Source: Octopus bimaculoides
Lineage: Eukaryota
NCBI RefSeq assembly: GCF_001194135.2
Contig: NC_068986.1
Span: forward strand, 77,780,611 to 77,817,393
Length of the DNA stretch: 36,783 bases
Direction: 5' to 3'
This document shows, piece by piece, positions 36,499 through 36,783 of the stretch. The notes under the pieces are model-generated. The model worked only from the letters and a program-made list of their open reading frames with translations, was not told the origin of the DNA and ran no database searches. Made by a program: the position numbers and the translations under genes. Position 1 is the first letter of the stretch, and the number at the start of each line of letters is the position of its first letter.

Positions 36499-36783
36499 AG
36501 AGTTGACAGTACCATGGTAGATAAAGCAATTAAGAGTATGAAGACAGGGAAAGCCCCCGGCCCATCAGGAATCACTGCAGAGATGCTCAAAATATCTGGC
36601 AGTGTCGGCTATAGCCTAGTCACCCGTATTACGAACCAAGTGATACACGAAGGAGTCATACCCAATGACTGGTGTAGCAGCACCATAATCAACTGCTACA
36701 AAGGTAAAGGTGACGCTTTAGATACAAATAATTACAGAGGTATCAAGCTTTTAGATCAGGTAATGAAAGTCACGGAGAGGGTC
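36499..36783 (+). mobile_element. RTE-clade LINE RT fragment with an open frame running off the window
   Basis: 95 uninterrupted codons: RVDSTMVDKAIKSMKTGKAPGPSGITAEMLKISGSVGYSLVTRITNQVIHEGVIPNDWCSSTIINCYKGKGDALDTNNYRGIKLLDQVMKVTERV. Paralogous to 31557-31842. Confidence 0.95.

Overview
AT-rich, repeat-dominated eukaryotic DNA from a gapped short-read-style assembly. N-gaps lie at 486-909, 2788-3146, 5375-5703, 12464-12595, 26910-27244, 27932-27941, 28541-28718, 32550-32559, 33077-33701 and 35585-35693, and most abut microsatellites. The mix of RTE-clade LINEs with (GAT)n tails, several tRNA-derived SINE families, mariner/piggyBac-type MITEs and very dense (TA)n/(CA)n tracts resembles an octopus (cephalopod) genome; this is my inference, not a search result. 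No intact protein-coding gene is recognisable, so the window looks intronic or intergenic. The only confidently translatable protein sequences are transposon relics: RTE reverse-transcriptase pieces (10165-10665, 31280-32846, 36499-end) and mariner transposase N-termini (5934-6283). One weak candidate host terminal exon lies at 30771-30815. The most unusual structures are: (i) a 477-bp near-perfect palindrome with a 1-nt loop (33819-34295) whose arms carry a decayed minimal hammerhead-ribozyme fold; (ii) a better-preserved minimal type-I hammerhead motif at 313-370 (minus) and a partial one near 30240, all embedded in TA/TG microsatellites, suggesting a family of Penelope-like ribozyme-bearing non-autonomous retroelements; (iii) a mariner element built from two head-to-head 5' ends; (iv) a 142-bp sequence duplicated at 100% identity 4.3 kb apart; (v) a PHD-like Cys/His finger inserted after the RT core of an RTE element. 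I see no evidence for a novel protein-based system. Boundaries of degenerate repeats are approximate and were read by eye.
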